64,000 nt of DNA from Vibrio sp. (GTDB lineage Bacteria; Pseudomonadota; Gammaproteobacteria; Enterobacterales; Vibrionaceae). Shown piece by piece: positions 51,873 through 62,338 of the stretch. Numbering within the stretch: the first letter of the stretch is position 1; every line of letters begins with the position of its first letter. The stretch covers positions 6,661 through 70,660 of the forward strand of contig JAOICL010000001.1 of NCBI GenBank assembly GCA_028131545.1. Reading direction: 5' to 3'. The notes under the pieces were generated by a model. The model was given only the letters and a program-made list of their open reading frames with translations, did no database searches and was not told the DNA's origin. A program made the translations under genes and the position numbers.

Positions 51873-51898
51873 TACGTTCCTTTGAGGAGTATAGATCA
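51873..51898 (-). promoter_or_regulatory. ECF sigma (RpoE-ChrR type) promoter
   Basis: TGATC-N17-CGTA on the minus strand, 36 bp upstream of the first gene of the cfa cluster. Confidence 0.7.
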
Positions 51899-51930
51899 AA
51901 AAAAGGCTTGGAAAAAACCAAGCCTTTTTT
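51898..51930. terminator. htpX terminator
   Basis: AAAAAAGGCTTGG-aaaaaa-CCAAGCCTTTTTT. Confidence 0.8.
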
Positions 51931-51955
51931 GTTATTTTTCTAGACTGTAACGTAA

Positions 51956-52819
51956 TTACTGATTACGTAAAGCATCGATACGTTTATCTAATGGTGGGTG
52001 GCTCATTAACAATTCACTTAATGATTGTTTACCATTAATACCAAATGCCATCATCGTTCCATCCAATTGGGAGTCATGACTGACCTTAAGACGCTCTAGA
52101 GCCGCAATCATTTTGTCTTTACCAACTAATTGTGCAGCGCCAGCATCAGCATAGAATTCACGACGGCGGCTGTACCACATCGTCAAGAAGCTCGCTAAGA
52201 AACCAAAAATGATTTCCAATACAATCGATACACCCATGTAAACAAGGAAATCTTGACCGCCGCCTTCTTCTTCATCATTAGATGCAAAGAAGTTAGCAAT
52301 TAAACGAGATAAGAAAATAACAAACGTATTTACAACACCTTGCATTAACGTCATTGTGATCATATCACCGTTAGCGATGTGGCTGACTTCATGAGCTAAT
52401 ACCGCTTCAGCTTCATCACGAGTCATGTTATGTAATAGACCCGTAGAAACAGCAACAAGTGATTCATCACGCTTTGCGCCTGTCGCAAAAGCATTGATAT
52501 CATGTGCATCATAAACAGCAACAGAAGGCATCCCGATACCAGCTTGTTCTGACTGACGTCTTACTGTTTCTAAAAGCCAATGTTCCGTTTCGTTTCTAGG
52601 ACTTTCTATGATCTGAGCCCCCGTTGACATTAACGCCATTTTCTTTGACATCAACAATGAAATAAACGAACCACCAAAACCAAATACCGCAGCCATAATT
52701 AATAAAGCAGGAATAGAACCAGATGAGATCCCGGTGACAGCAAAGATGACATTAAGGACAATACCCAACACGATCATAACCGCTAGGTTAGTGGCCAGAA
52801 ACAACATCACTCTTTTCAT
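51956..52819 (-). CDS. htpX: membrane zinc protease HtpX
   Basis: [28 protein letters not shown] and SHPPL..RI motifs. Confidence 0.97.
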   Translation of the reverse strand: MKRVMLFLATNLAVMIVLGIVLNVIFAVTGISSGSIPALLIMAAVFGFGGSFISLLMSKKMALMSTGAQIIESPRNETEHWLLETVRRQSEQAGIGMPSVAVYDAHDINAFATGAKRDESLVAVSTGLLHNMTRDEAEAVLAHEVSHIANGDMITMTLMQGVVNTFVIFLSRLIANFFASNDEEEGGGQDFLVYMGVSIVLEIIFGFLASFLTMWYSRRREFYADAGAAQLVGKDKMIAALERLKVSHDSQLDGTMMAFGINGKQSLSELLMSHPPLDKRIDALRNQ

Positions 52820-53137
52820 TTACATTCTCCAATAAAAATTAAACCAGCTCTATAAATATGAGATAGAGCTGTCTGTAGGTACCCACAACGACTTATCAAG
52901 GTATACAAAACCATCGTAGTAAATTATTTCTAATCATAGCGTAATAGGCTCAGTAATTAGAAGCCCAATCTCATTTTTCACCAATTTCAAATGCAACAAA
53001 ATGTTACACAAACGAAAAAGTGGCCATTTAAATATAACTCTTTTGTCATATATCAATATGGATCACACTCTTAAGCTTGAGCTCCGTAGATAATCGTTTA
53101 CTATTCAGGCTAATAAATGGATCACATGGGTAGTATT

Positions 53138-53290
53138 ATGGATAATAAAGATACCTATCAAATGGCAGTCGACTTATTAAAATGTCATCTTGATATAACA
53201 GAAGAAGAAGCACATCAGCAATTAGGCATCACGCCAGAATCAATGGATAAGCAATTCCTTGATACTCATTTAATGGCTGAAGCTGAATAA
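53138..53290 (+). CDS. small acidic protein (50 aa)
   Basis: MDNKDTYQMAVDLLKCHLDITEEEAHQQLGITPESMDKQFLDTHLMAEAE; followed by hairpin AAAACACCTCA...TGAGGTGTTTT. Confidence 0.6.
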   Translation: MDNKDTYQMAVDLLKCHLDITEEEAHQQLGITPESMDKQFLDTHLMAEAE

Positions 53291-53427
53291 AAGTAAGCTT
53301 GCTATAGCACCCAAAACACCTCATTACTAACAAACATGTTATATAGTGAGGTGTTTTTAGTTACAACCAACTCAAGATATTGATAGAAAGTATACCTAAA
53401 TCACTATCTCTATCACTCCGTATTTAA

Positions 53428-54099
53428 TCAGAATTTCATATCGAAATCTAAGTAACTATCCTTTTCAATAAATCCCTCAATAAATGGGACCTCACCGATC
53501 AGTGGTGCCGTTATGTGTTGTTTTAAGAATAGAACCATCTCTTCATAATTCTCTGTGCTTTCATTCAGTGAATTCGCCACCCACCCTCTCAGTGTTAATC
53601 CCGACGCAACAATGGCATTCATCGTGAGCAAAGCATGATTTAAACACCCTAATTTGATGCCCACAACCAACACAACTTCTAAATCTTGCTCGATAACCCA
53701 AGCATCTAATGTTGTATTATCGGATATTGGAACATGCCACCCTCCCGCTCCTTCAACGATCACCCTATCGGAGAGGTGAGTTAACGCCTCTAATTGTGTA
53801 TTTAACACCTTACAATCAACCTGAGTATTACTTCTCTTCGCGGCAATATGCGGTGAAGCGGCTTCTTGAAATACAAAGGGATTGACGGATTCATACTCTA
53901 TCTCGATATTGCTTTCTTTATGCAATAATAACGCATCATTATTGCGTAAATGCCCATTAATATACTCCGCCCCTGCAGCGACGGGTTTATATCCCACGAC
54001 CTTCATATTTTGTTTTTTAAAGTATCGCATCATCGCGATAGAAACCACGGTCTTACCTACATCCGTATCAGTACCGGCAATAAATAAACACTTAGACAT
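53428..54099 (-). CDS. bioD: dethiobiotin synthase
   Basis: GTDTDVGKT, KPVAAG, EGAGG and LGCLNH motifs. Confidence 0.95.
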   Translation of the reverse strand: MSKCLFIAGTDTDVGKTVVSIAMMRYFKKQNMKVVGYKPVAAGAEYINGHLRNNDALLLHKESNIEIEYESVNPFVFQEAASPHIAAKRSNTQVDCKVLNTQLEALTHLSDRVIVEGAGGWHVPISDNTTLDAWVIEQDLEVVLVVGIKLGCLNHALLTMNAIVASGLTLRGWVANSLNESTENYEEMVLFLKQHITAPLIGEVPFIEGFIEKDSYLDFDMKF

Positions 54100-54937
54100 A
54101 CACTTTCCCTAACAGAACATAATAAGTCACGGGGTATTGACCATCATCGGTTAGAAATGATCGATAAGCCTCTGTTAATTTTTCGTATTGATTCCGAGAT
54201 AGTATTCCTTTCCGGCTTGTCTCTTTTGAAGAAACATAATTGGCCCCGACTCCTTTTAATGATCTCATCGCAAGATGAAATGATGGATAAGTCATCGTTA
54301 TTTTCTCGACCGACAGCTCTACGTTATTGAAACCAATGCCATTAATGGCTTCCTTCAATTCAGTAAAGCTTGGGTAATGATTAATGTGTTGATGCCCATC
54401 GACCTTTTTCCATGCACGCTGTAATTCGAATAACGATCCTTGGACTAAGCTAGAAAACACTGCCACCCCTTCCGGCTTAAGGATACGTTTAATATGTGAT
54501 AATGGAGTTTGGATTTCATGACACCACTGCAAGGCTAAATTGCTGAATACAAAGTCCACGGATTGTGATGGTAAGGATAATGTATCAGCATCATCACACA
54601 CGTAAGAGGCACGCTGCCCACATTTTATTTGAGCTTGTTTCAACATGTCCAATGAGAGGTCACAACACAGAACTTGCGCTTGCCTCTCTAGTAAGAGACG
54701 AGAAAAATGCCCCGTTCCACACCCCAAATCCAGACCTGACTTACCTTTCAAATGTTGTGGTAACAACGATAATAGCTCTTCGCCAACTTGCCTTTGAAAA
54801 TGAGCATAAACGTCATAATGACTGGCCGCTTGACTAAACGATCGACAAATTTCCTTTTTTCGTCCATTCTCAGAACCATAGCCATCACTATCCTGTTGTT
54901 CTGCTGCTATCGATATAAAAGACGCATCATTCAACAT
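54092..54937 (-). CDS. bioC: malonyl-ACP O-methyltransferase
   Basis: FSQAASHYD, LDLGCGTG and SNLALQW motifs; operon position. Confidence 0.92.
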   Translation of the reverse strand: MLNDASFISIAAEQQDSDGYGSENGRKKEICRSFSQAASHYDVYAHFQRQVGEELLSLLPQHLKGKSGLDLGCGTGHFSRLLLERQAQVLCCDLSLDMLKQAQIKCGQRASYVCDDADTLSLPSQSVDFVFSNLALQWCHEIQTPLSHIKRILKPEGVAVFSSLVQGSLFELQRAWKKVDGHQHINHYPSFTELKEAINGIGFNNVELSVEKITMTYPSFHLAMRSLKGVGANYVSSKETSRKGILSRNQYEKLTEAYRSFLTDDGQYPVTYYVLLGKVYV

Positions 54938-56103
54938 ACGATTCCTTTATCCTGTTCATAATATTGCTCCATGCTATCTATCAAGGTATTTAACATGGAT
55001 TCCGTGTGGTTTGCGGTTAATGTCAGCCTAACTCTTGCTGTGTTGTTTGGTACTGTAGGGGGCCTGATTGCAGTGAGCCAACAGCCATTCTGTTTACACC
55101 ATGAAGATAAATTTAATGCGCGTTCTGATGATCCCATTACAATCGGTTTGATTGGGGTTTTGGTTTTCACAACATCCGTAAAGTGTGCGGTTTTATTGTG
55201 AAAATAGTGAGAAAGTGATCGTAGCTTATCTCGTCGCCATTCTTCTTCTTCAACAATCTCTGTCGCTTTACACAATGCCTGTGCCTGTGCCGGTGGCATC
55301 GCTGTTGAATACACATAATGACGTGCAAATTGTTTGAGGTACCTGCCCAATTCAGAATTACACAGCACAGCAGCCCCTGCGATGCCAAAGGCTTTACCAA
55401 AAGTCACTACCAGCACATCGGGTTTAACCTTCAAGTAATCAGTGGTGCCTCGCCCTCCTCGACCAAGCACACCAATGCCATGAGCATCATCGACCATAAA
55501 GCAAGTATCGTCAGCTAACCTATTTGATATGATGTTCAATGGTGAGATATCACCATCCATACTGAAGACACCTTCTGTTACCACCATTTTTGGGGTATCA
55601 ACTGATGCACTCTCTAATAATGAAAAGAGATGTTGAGGATCGTTGTGCTTAAAACGTTTCATCGTCGCGGTACAAAATAAACCCGCCTCGATCAAAGAAG
55701 CATGATTCAAGCGATCTTGCAGTAAAAGATCGCCTTTCGATAATAAAGAAAACAAGATCGATTGATTCGCAGAAAAGCCTGAACCAAATAATACGGCGGT
55801 GTCGTAGCCTAACCAATCACATAACTTCTCTTCAAGCTGATGATGCGCTGCACTTTGACCGATGACCAAGGGTGATGCCGAACTCCCTGATCCATAACGA
55901 TCGACCCCTTCTTTAAAGGATTGTTTAAGATCGGGGTGCTGAGCTAACCCCAAATAATCATTACTCGAATAATTGATGAAATGACCACCATTACAGGTTA
56001 ACTTACCCGATATCGTCGTATCACATTGAATAACATGACGAGATAATTGCGCTTCAGTGCGTGCGTCATTCGCTAATTTAGCCCTAAGTTCAATTGGATT
56101 CAT
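54931..56103 (-). CDS. bioF: 8-amino-7-oxononanoate synthase
   Basis: SSNDYLGL, NHASL, FSMDGD, DDAHG, TFGKA and IRPPTVP motifs. Confidence 0.95.
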   Translation of the reverse strand: MNPIELRAKLANDARTEAQLSRHVIQCDTTISGKLTCNGGHFINYSSNDYLGLAQHPDLKQSFKEGVDRYGSGSSASPLVIGQSAAHHQLEEKLCDWLGYDTAVLFGSGFSANQSILFSLLSKGDLLLQDRLNHASLIEAGLFCTATMKRFKHNDPQHLFSLLESASVDTPKMVVTEGVFSMDGDISPLNIISNRLADDTCFMVDDAHGIGVLGRGGRGTTDYLKVKPDVLVVTFGKAFGIAGAAVLCNSELGRYLKQFARHYVYSTAMPPAQAQALCKATEIVEEEEWRRDKLRSLSHYFHNKTAHFTDVVKTKTPIKPIVMGSSERALNLSSWCKQNGCWLTAIRPPTVPNNTARVRLTLTANHTESMLNTLIDSMEQYYEQDKGIVC

Positions 56104-56118
56104 GACCGAATCACCCCA

Positions 56119-57171
56119 TTACAGCGTCGCGTCATAAAAGAGATCTTTTTTCTTAGAATGAATCTGACTTCGCTCATTGATCTGATCTAATAACTCAAAC
56201 TCTTGGACATGATCGGGTTTTTGAGATATTGATTGACGATTAATGCCTAATTGATTAAACAATTGAATATCCGTATCTTCTTCTGGATTCGGTGTCGTCA
56301 GCAATTTACATCCATAAAAAATCGAGTTGGCTCCAGCCATAAAGCACAGTGCCTGCATTTCTTTGTTCATATTTTCTCGACCAGCGGATAACCGCACACT
56401 GGATTGTGGCATCATGATCCTTGCAAGCGCAATTAAACGAATAAAGTCAAAGGAATCAACATCTTTCGCATTTTCTAATGGGGTGCCTTTCACTTTCACC
56501 AACATATTGATTGGCACACTTTCTGGATGCTGTGGTAAATTTGCTAACTCAATCAATAACCCAATCCGATCCTGATCCGTTTCCCCCATACCAATGATTC
56601 CACCTGAGCAGATCTTCATACCGGAGTCACGAACATGGCTTAATGTATCCAATCGATCTTGATACGTTCGAGTGGTGATAATGTTCCCGTAATATTCCGG
56701 TGATGTATCCAAATTATGATTGTAATAATCTAACCCAGCTTCAGACAATGTACTGGCTTGAGATTGAGTGAGCATACCCAGTGTCATACAGGTTTCTAAC
56801 CCTAATCCTTTCACCTCTTTGATCATGTCTTTGATGAGAGGCATATCCCTTTCTTTTGGATTTTTCCAAGCTGCTCCCATACAAAAACGCGTAGATCCAG
56901 CTTGTTTTGCTTTTCGTGCTGCGTCTAATACCTTCTCAACCTCCATCAAACGCTCTTGCTCAAGTCCAGTTTTGTATCTCGCACTTTGCGGGCAATATTT
57001 ACAATCTTCCGGACATGCCCCTGTTTTTATTGATAGTAGCGTACTGACTTGTACTTCATTTGGAGAGTGAAACTGGCGGTGAATGTGCTGAGCTTTAAAC
57101 ATTAAATCCATGAATGGCATACTGATTAATGCTGAAACTTCCCTTTTTGTCCAATTATTACGCAATTCCAT
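56119..57171 (-). CDS. bioB: biotin synthase
   Basis: CPEDCKYC radical-SAM motif; YNHNLDT and RLSAGR motifs. Confidence 0.97.
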   Translation of the reverse strand: MELRNNWTKREVSALISMPFMDLMFKAQHIHRQFHSPNEVQVSTLLSIKTGACPEDCKYCPQSARYKTGLEQERLMEVEKVLDAARKAKQAGSTRFCMGAAWKNPKERDMPLIKDMIKEVKGLGLETCMTLGMLTQSQASTLSEAGLDYYNHNLDTSPEYYGNIITTRTYQDRLDTLSHVRDSGMKICSGGIIGMGETDQDRIGLLIELANLPQHPESVPINMLVKVKGTPLENAKDVDSFDFIRLIALARIMMPQSSVRLSAGRENMNKEMQALCFMAGANSIFYGCKLLTTPNPEEDTDIQLFNQLGINRQSISQKPDHVQEFELLDQINERSQIHSKKKDLFYDATL

Positions 57172-57223
57172 GTGAACCCTTAATTTCCTATTGTTTTTTA
57201 CAGTGTATGAATTTAGGATTACC

Positions 57224-57254
57224 TGTCAACAAGGATAGACACTTAAAGTTTACA
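57224..57254. promoter_or_regulatory. BirA operator (bioO)
   Basis: TGTCAAC-N17-GTTTACA between divergent bioB and bioA. Confidence 0.75.
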
Positions 57255-57274
57255 ATAGGATAAATAACAACCAA

Positions 57275-58564
57275 ATGGATATTGATTTCGATAAAGAGCA
57301 TATTTGGCACCCTTACACTTCCACCATTAACCCTCTACCATGTTACCCTGTCACTAAAGCGGTCGGTAATAAAATACAATTAGATAATAACAAAGAATTA
57401 ATTGATGGCATGTCATCATGGTGGGCTTCGATACATGGGTATAATCACCCTCGTTTAAATGAAGCGGTAAAGAAACAACTTGATGATTTTTCACATGTGA
57501 TGTTTGGTGGGTTAACACATGAACCCGCGATTGCGTTGTGTAAACGCTTAATTGATATGACGCCCGATAATCTAGAGAAAGTGTTTCTTTCTGATTCTGG
57601 CTCTGTCGCGGTTGAAGTTGCATTAAAGATGGCGCTGCAATATTGGCACAGTAAAGGTGAAGATCGCTCGACATTCTTAACATTACGAGATGGTTATCAT
57701 GGTGATACCTTCGCGGCTATGTCTGTGACGGATCCCGACAATTCAATGCACCGTATTTACAAAGGCTTCTTACCTGAACACATTTTTTGTCCCTCTCCTA
57801 CCATTGGTTTTCGGGAGCAATGGCATTCTTCGGCTCTGAATGATTTTAGAAGAAACATTGAACAACATAAACACGATCTGGCTGCCGTGATACTGGAACC
57901 CATAGTACAGGGAGCTGGAGGCATGAGATTTTACCATCCAGAGTTTTTAAAAGGAGTCCGATCGCTCTGTACTCAACATAATGTGTTACTTATTGTCGAT
58001 GAAATTGCCACTGGATTTGGGCGTACAGGTAAGCTGTTTGCTTGTGAGCATGCCAATATTCAACCGGATATCATGTGTATTGGTAAGGCATTAACGGGAG
58101 GATATATGTCGCTTGCCGCTACCTTAACGAGTAAGGACATCGCAGATACTATATGCTCTGGTGATGCGAATTGTTTTATGCATGGACCAACCTTTATGGC
58201 GAATCCATTAGCCTGCGCAGTCGCAACAGCCAGTATTGATTTAATTAATGAAGGTCACTGGAAGTATCAAGTAAAAAGCATTGAAGAGGTGTTTGCGAAA
58301 CAATTACCAGCTCTACTGTATCACACTATGGTCAAAGAAATACGCTACCTAGGTGCAATCGGTGTCGTTGAAACCCATCATCCTGTTGATATGGAAAAGA
58401 TACAAGCCTACTTTGTCAAGCAAGGAGGCTGGATAAGACCCTTTGGTCGATTAATTTATCTCATGCCACCGTATCTAAGCCCAAAAGAAGATATCGAGAA
58501 ACTCATTATGATCATCGATTCCGCTTGCCAGGATACGCATTTATTTTTGAGTCACGTTGGATAG
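57275..58564 (+). CDS. bioA: adenosylmethionine-8-amino-7-oxononanoate aminotransferase
   Basis: IWHPY, SSWW, GSVAVE, DEIATGFGRTG, KALTGG and HGPT motifs. Confidence 0.97.
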   Translation: MDIDFDKEHIWHPYTSTINPLPCYPVTKAVGNKIQLDNNKELIDGMSSWWASIHGYNHPRLNEAVKKQLDDFSHVMFGGLTHEPAIALCKRLIDMTPDNLEKVFLSDSGSVAVEVALKMALQYWHSKGEDRSTFLTLRDGYHGDTFAAMSVTDPDNSMHRIYKGFLPEHIFCPSPTIGFREQWHSSALNDFRRNIEQHKHDLAAVILEPIVQGAGGMRFYHPEFLKGVRSLCTQHNVLLIVDEIATGFGRTGKLFACEHANIQPDIMCIGKALTGGYMSLAATLTSKDIADTICSGDANCFMHGPTFMANPLACAVATASIDLINEGHWKYQVKSIEEVFAKQLPALLYHTMVKEIRYLGAIGVVETHHPVDMEKIQAYFVKQGGWIRPFGRLIYLMPPYLSPKEDIEKLIMIIDSACQDTHLFLSHVG

Positions 58565-58625
58565 TTGTCTCGAAAGATTAAACCATCGATAGTTGATATT
58601 AATTCAAAGTTTTAAAAGCACATAC

Positions 58626-58652
58626 AAAAAAACCTCGCGTAAGCGAGGTTTT
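58626..58652. terminator. bidirectional terminator between bioA and the porin
   Basis: AAAAAAACCTCGC-gtaa-GCGAGGTTTTT. Confidence 0.8.
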
Positions 58653-58683
58653 TATATTCTAAATTCTTACTAAATCGGAGAGA

Positions 58684-59682
58684 TTAAAGAGAGAAGTAAG
58701 AACCGATAACGATCATTGTGTCAGATTCGCCAGCGTAAGAGTTGAACTCTTGGCTACCGTATTCTGCGAATACTGTCCAGTTACCAGACATAGCGTAGTC
58801 AGAACCAACAGAGTAGTAAGTTAGATCTTCGTCAGCTTGATCCCATTCAGCAGAACCAACGTTACCGTAGAAGCTTAGGTTATCAGTTAGGCCGAAACGA
58901 GAAGAGATACCGAAACCAGTGATTTCTTCGTTGTTACCTGTAGCAGTACCATCACCGTCTTGCATCATGTAGTTAGCACCTAGGTAAAGCTTACCAAAAG
59001 TACCTTTAACTGCAACTGCAGTTTGTGCAGTTTCTGCGCCGTCAACATCTTGATCTAAGTGAGAAACACCAGCAGTGATAGGACCTAGGTTAAGCGCTGC
59101 AGAAATGCCTGTAGACTCAATGTTTTGACCAGATGCATCACCGTGGTGATCAACGACAACTTCAAGAAGCTTAGTTTTGAATTGGATTGCTGCGCCGTCT
59201 GCACCAGACTCTGTACGGTGGTAGAAGTAGTCGTCAAGAAGAGCTGCGCCTTCGTTAGAAGCGTCAACTGTAGTTGCGTTTTGAGCGTCAAATTTTTCAC
59301 CAACTTCACCAAGAACAAGAGTGATGTTTTCAGTTAGTTGAGTACCAAATACTAGGTCATCAAATTGAGCAGTACGGTCATCATCATTTTCTACAGAGTT
59401 CGTTGCTGCACCTAACCAGTCAAAACCAGCGCCGTTTTCAATTTCGAAGCTTGCGAATACTTCTTTGTCGCCAGAGTATTTGTGAGCAACGTCTAGTTGA
59501 ATTTTAGCATCAAGGTCGAAGTTAGCATCAGCTTCAGAACCGTCGTGGTTGTCTAGGTCAGACCAGAAAGAGTCCGCTGCAACTTTAAGACCGATAGTGT
59601 TAGTGTCATCAGCGTAAATTTCTGCTGCGTTTACGTTAACTGCTGCTGCTGCAACAACTAGAGCTACTAGAGTTTTTTTCAT
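58684..59682 (-). CDS. general outer-membrane porin (OmpT-like by position)
   Basis: MKKTLVALVVAAAA..VNA/AEIY porin N-terminus; acidic beta-strand pattern; strongly biased codon usage; divergent from dinG as I recall for V. cholerae ompT. Confidence 0.85.
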   Translation of the reverse strand: MKKTLVALVVAAAAVNVNAAEIYADDTNTIGLKVAADSFWSDLDNHDGSEADANFDLDAKIQLDVAHKYSGDKEVFASFEIENGAGFDWLGAATNSVENDDDRTAQFDDLVFGTQLTENITLVLGEVGEKFDAQNATTVDASNEGAALLDDYFYHRTESGADGAAIQFKTKLLEVVVDHHGDASGQNIESTGISAALNLGPITAGVSHLDQDVDGAETAQTAVAVKGTFGKLYLGANYMMQDGDGTATGNNEEITGFGISSRFGLTDNLSFYGNVGSAEWDQADEDLTYYSVGSDYAMSGNWTVFAEYGSQEFNSYAGESDTMIVIGSYFSL

Positions 59683-60086
59683 AATAATCCACTGCCTTTT
59701 TTATTGGATAACATCTTCTGATGTTTTTATTTTTTAATGACTGGCCTACATCTTCTAATCCGTAGAGATAAGCCCGTCCAAATTTCGGGGTTAACTTTGC
59801 AAAAGATTTGCTTTCATGTCAAACATCAATTCAAAGTCATCAAAAAACAATCAAATCTTTATTTATCAGTGGCTTAAATTAAAATCTAGTTACATAAATT
59901 TACATTAAGTTAATAAATGTAAATTATCCAAAAATAATAAGCACCATAATAATCAGAACTTTATATCGAAAAATGTACATATACCAGTTCAAATAACCAT
60001 TAATAGTTACATTTAACAGGGTAAAAAGAAGATTAAACTTAAATATTTATGCAACAAAACCTTCATGTAACGATAAAAATGTTTTG

Positions 60087-60102
60087 TGTGATCGGAATCC
60101 CA
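60087..60102. promoter_or_regulatory. possible CRP site in the porin-dinG intergenic region
   Basis: TGTGA-tcggaa-TCCCA. Confidence 0.4.
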
Positions 60103-60175
60103 TTTATTGTACAGCGTTAATTAAATAGTGACCTAGAGCACATTCAATTACTTATGGTACAATGAGTTCTAACCA

Positions 60176-62260
60176 ATGAGAGTGCCTATGATTCATCCAA
60201 ACATCCAAAAATCCATCAAACAAAGCTATGCCAATTTAAAGTTTCAGCTCGATAACTTCATTCCTAGACGAGCTCAAAACTATCTCGTCGCCGAAATAGC
60301 AAAAACACTTTGTGGGCAATATCACAAAAAAAATCGCCTATTAATCGCAGAAGCTGGAACTGGGATCGGTAAATCGTTGTCTTACCTGATGGGGTCCATA
60401 CCCGTTGCATTGGAAAACAATCGTAAAATTGTCATTTCAACAGCAACCGTTGCTCTTCAGGAGCAATTAGTTCAAAAAGACATGCCACTTTATCGCCGTT
60501 TGATCGATAAAGAATTTTCATTCATCTTACTGAAAGGTCGTCAACGTTATTGCTGTGCAGAAAAATTAGCGGCTCTATCAGGGGACTCTTCACAAGCGGC
60601 ACTCTTTGAAACAAAACCCAATAAAAAAGACATCGACTTATTAGCACGTTTATATAAAGCTTATTGTGATAAAAAATGGGATGGTGATAGAGATTCATGG
60701 CCAACGCCAATTAAAGATTCGGTTTGGCAAGCGATTGTCAGTGATAAGCACAGCTGTAATAACATGCTCGCAGCGCATCGTGATTGCCCATTTCAAAAAT
60801 CTCGTGCTGATGTTGATAAAGCTGATGTGGTGATTGCTAACCATAGTTTAGTCATGGCTGATTGTGATTTAGGCGGTGGTGTTATCTTACCTGAACCCGA
60901 AAATTGTATTTATATTTTCGATGAAGCGCACCATCTACCAACCGTTGCACGAGATCATTCTGCCGCCTCCTCTAGTTTTAAAGGGACGGCCGTTTGGTTA
61001 GAAAAATTAAATCAATCTCTGGGTAAAGTCGCTTCGCTTGCAGACAGTAAGCGCTCGGATCGTTTTTTAACAGAAGCGCAAGAATCCATCCAGTATCTCA
61101 TCCCTACTCTTACTAGTTTACCCAATCAGTTTAATGCGACTCAATTTACTGAAGATGGCTTGAGATTCGAAAATGGGGAATTACCCAATTGGTTAGAACA
61201 AGAATCCGTAGAGCTCAAAAAAAGCACATCAAAAGCTTTAAAGGCAATGAATAAGATTGCTGACTTAATCACTGAAGGGATTAAAGATGGCGACCTCTCG
61301 GCAAGATTAGCAGAGCCAGCCCTCTCAGAACTGGGGTTTTATATTCAAAGAATGGAAAATCTCGCCAAAGTCTGGAACTTAATGGCTGAACCCGTAAGAG
61401 AAAAAGGCGCGCCTTTAGCCAAATGGCTGACACTGAATACCGATCGCGAGGGGGATTTCGTTGTCCATGTTTCTCCGTTAGAAGTGGGATGGCAATTAGA
61501 GCAGCAGTTATGGTCTCGTTGTTTAGGGGCTGTACTGGTTTCAGCTACATTGCGTGCATTAAACTCATTCACCTACTTTGCTCGTAAAGTAGGGATCAGT
61601 GAAAATCCTGATGAAGGGGCTCAATTTCTGGCTTTATCTTCTCCCTTTGATTATGAAGTTCAAGGGACTATCCACATTCCAAAAATGCAGTATGAACCTC
61701 AAGCAGACGCATTTACTGATGAATTGATCAAGGTTATTCCTAATCATATTGTTGAAGGTAAAGCCAATCTCGTCTTATTCGCTTCCTATTGGCAAATGAA
61801 TAAAGTCAGTGAAAAGCTCAATAGTGCTTTCATTAAAAAAGGTTGGGGGCTACAAGTTCAAGGTGATGCCTCTCGTAATGAAATATTAAAGCAACACCGA
61901 GCATTGGTTCAGATGGGGAAAACAAGTATTCTATTTGGTACAGGGAGCTTCTCTGAAGGCCTCGATTTACCAGGAAAGCTATTAGAGAATGTGATCATCA
62001 CCAAAATTCCTTTTGCTGTTCCTACATCCCCTGTCGAACAAGCCTATTCTGAATACATAGAAAGTCGTGGTGGCAACCCTTTTATGCAGATCTCTGTGCC
62101 TGAAGCAAGTAAGAAACTCATTCAGTCGGTCGGTCGTTTAATACGTAAAGAGCAAGATGAAGGCACCATTATTGTCCTAGATCGCCGTATTATTACCAAA
62201 CGTTATGGCAAAGCTCTTTTAGACGCATTGCCTCCTTTTAAGCGACATATTGATTACTAA
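60176..62260 (+). CDS. dinG: ATP-dependent DNA helicase DinG
   Basis: AEAGTGIGKS, Fe-S cysteines, DEAHH, FSEGLDLPG and QSVGRLIR motifs. Confidence 0.95.
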   Translation: MRVPMIHPNIQKSIKQSYANLKFQLDNFIPRRAQNYLVAEIAKTLCGQYHKKNRLLIAEAGTGIGKSLSYLMGSIPVALENNRKIVISTATVALQEQLVQKDMPLYRRLIDKEFSFILLKGRQRYCCAEKLAALSGDSSQAALFETKPNKKDIDLLARLYKAYCDKKWDGDRDSWPTPIKDSVWQAIVSDKHSCNNMLAAHRDCPFQKSRADVDKADVVIANHSLVMADCDLGGGVILPEPENCIYIFDEAHHLPTVARDHSAASSSFKGTAVWLEKLNQSLGKVASLADSKRSDRFLTEAQESIQYLIPTLTSLPNQFNATQFTEDGLRFENGELPNWLEQESVELKKSTSKALKAMNKIADLITEGIKDGDLSARLAEPALSELGFYIQRMENLAKVWNLMAEPVREKGAPLAKWLTLNTDREGDFVVHVSPLEVGWQLEQQLWSRCLGAVLVSATLRALNSFTYFARKVGISENPDEGAQFLALSSPFDYEVQGTIHIPKMQYEPQADAFTDELIKVIPNHIVEGKANLVLFASYWQMNKVSEKLNSAFIKKGWGLQVQGDASRNEILKQHRALVQMGKTSILFGTGSFSEGLDLPGKLLENVIITKIPFAVPTSPVEQAYSEYIESRGGNPFMQISVPEASKKLIQSVGRLIRKEQDEGTIIVLDRRIITKRYGKALLDALPPFKRHIDY

Positions 62261-62338
62261 TTGCGATGTATGAGAATTATCACCACATCCTCGTGATACA
62301 TAAACAGTGATATTGGTTAGCACAATAATGAGATTGTC

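Noticed and set aside
52870-52900. sigma32 promoter for htpX (CTTGAT-N14-ACCTAC, minus strand)
   Set aside because: The -10 element is too far from CCCCAT to call from sequence alone
60095-60175. LexA box upstream of dinG
   Set aside because: Only a TACAG half-site; no CTG-N10-CAG match
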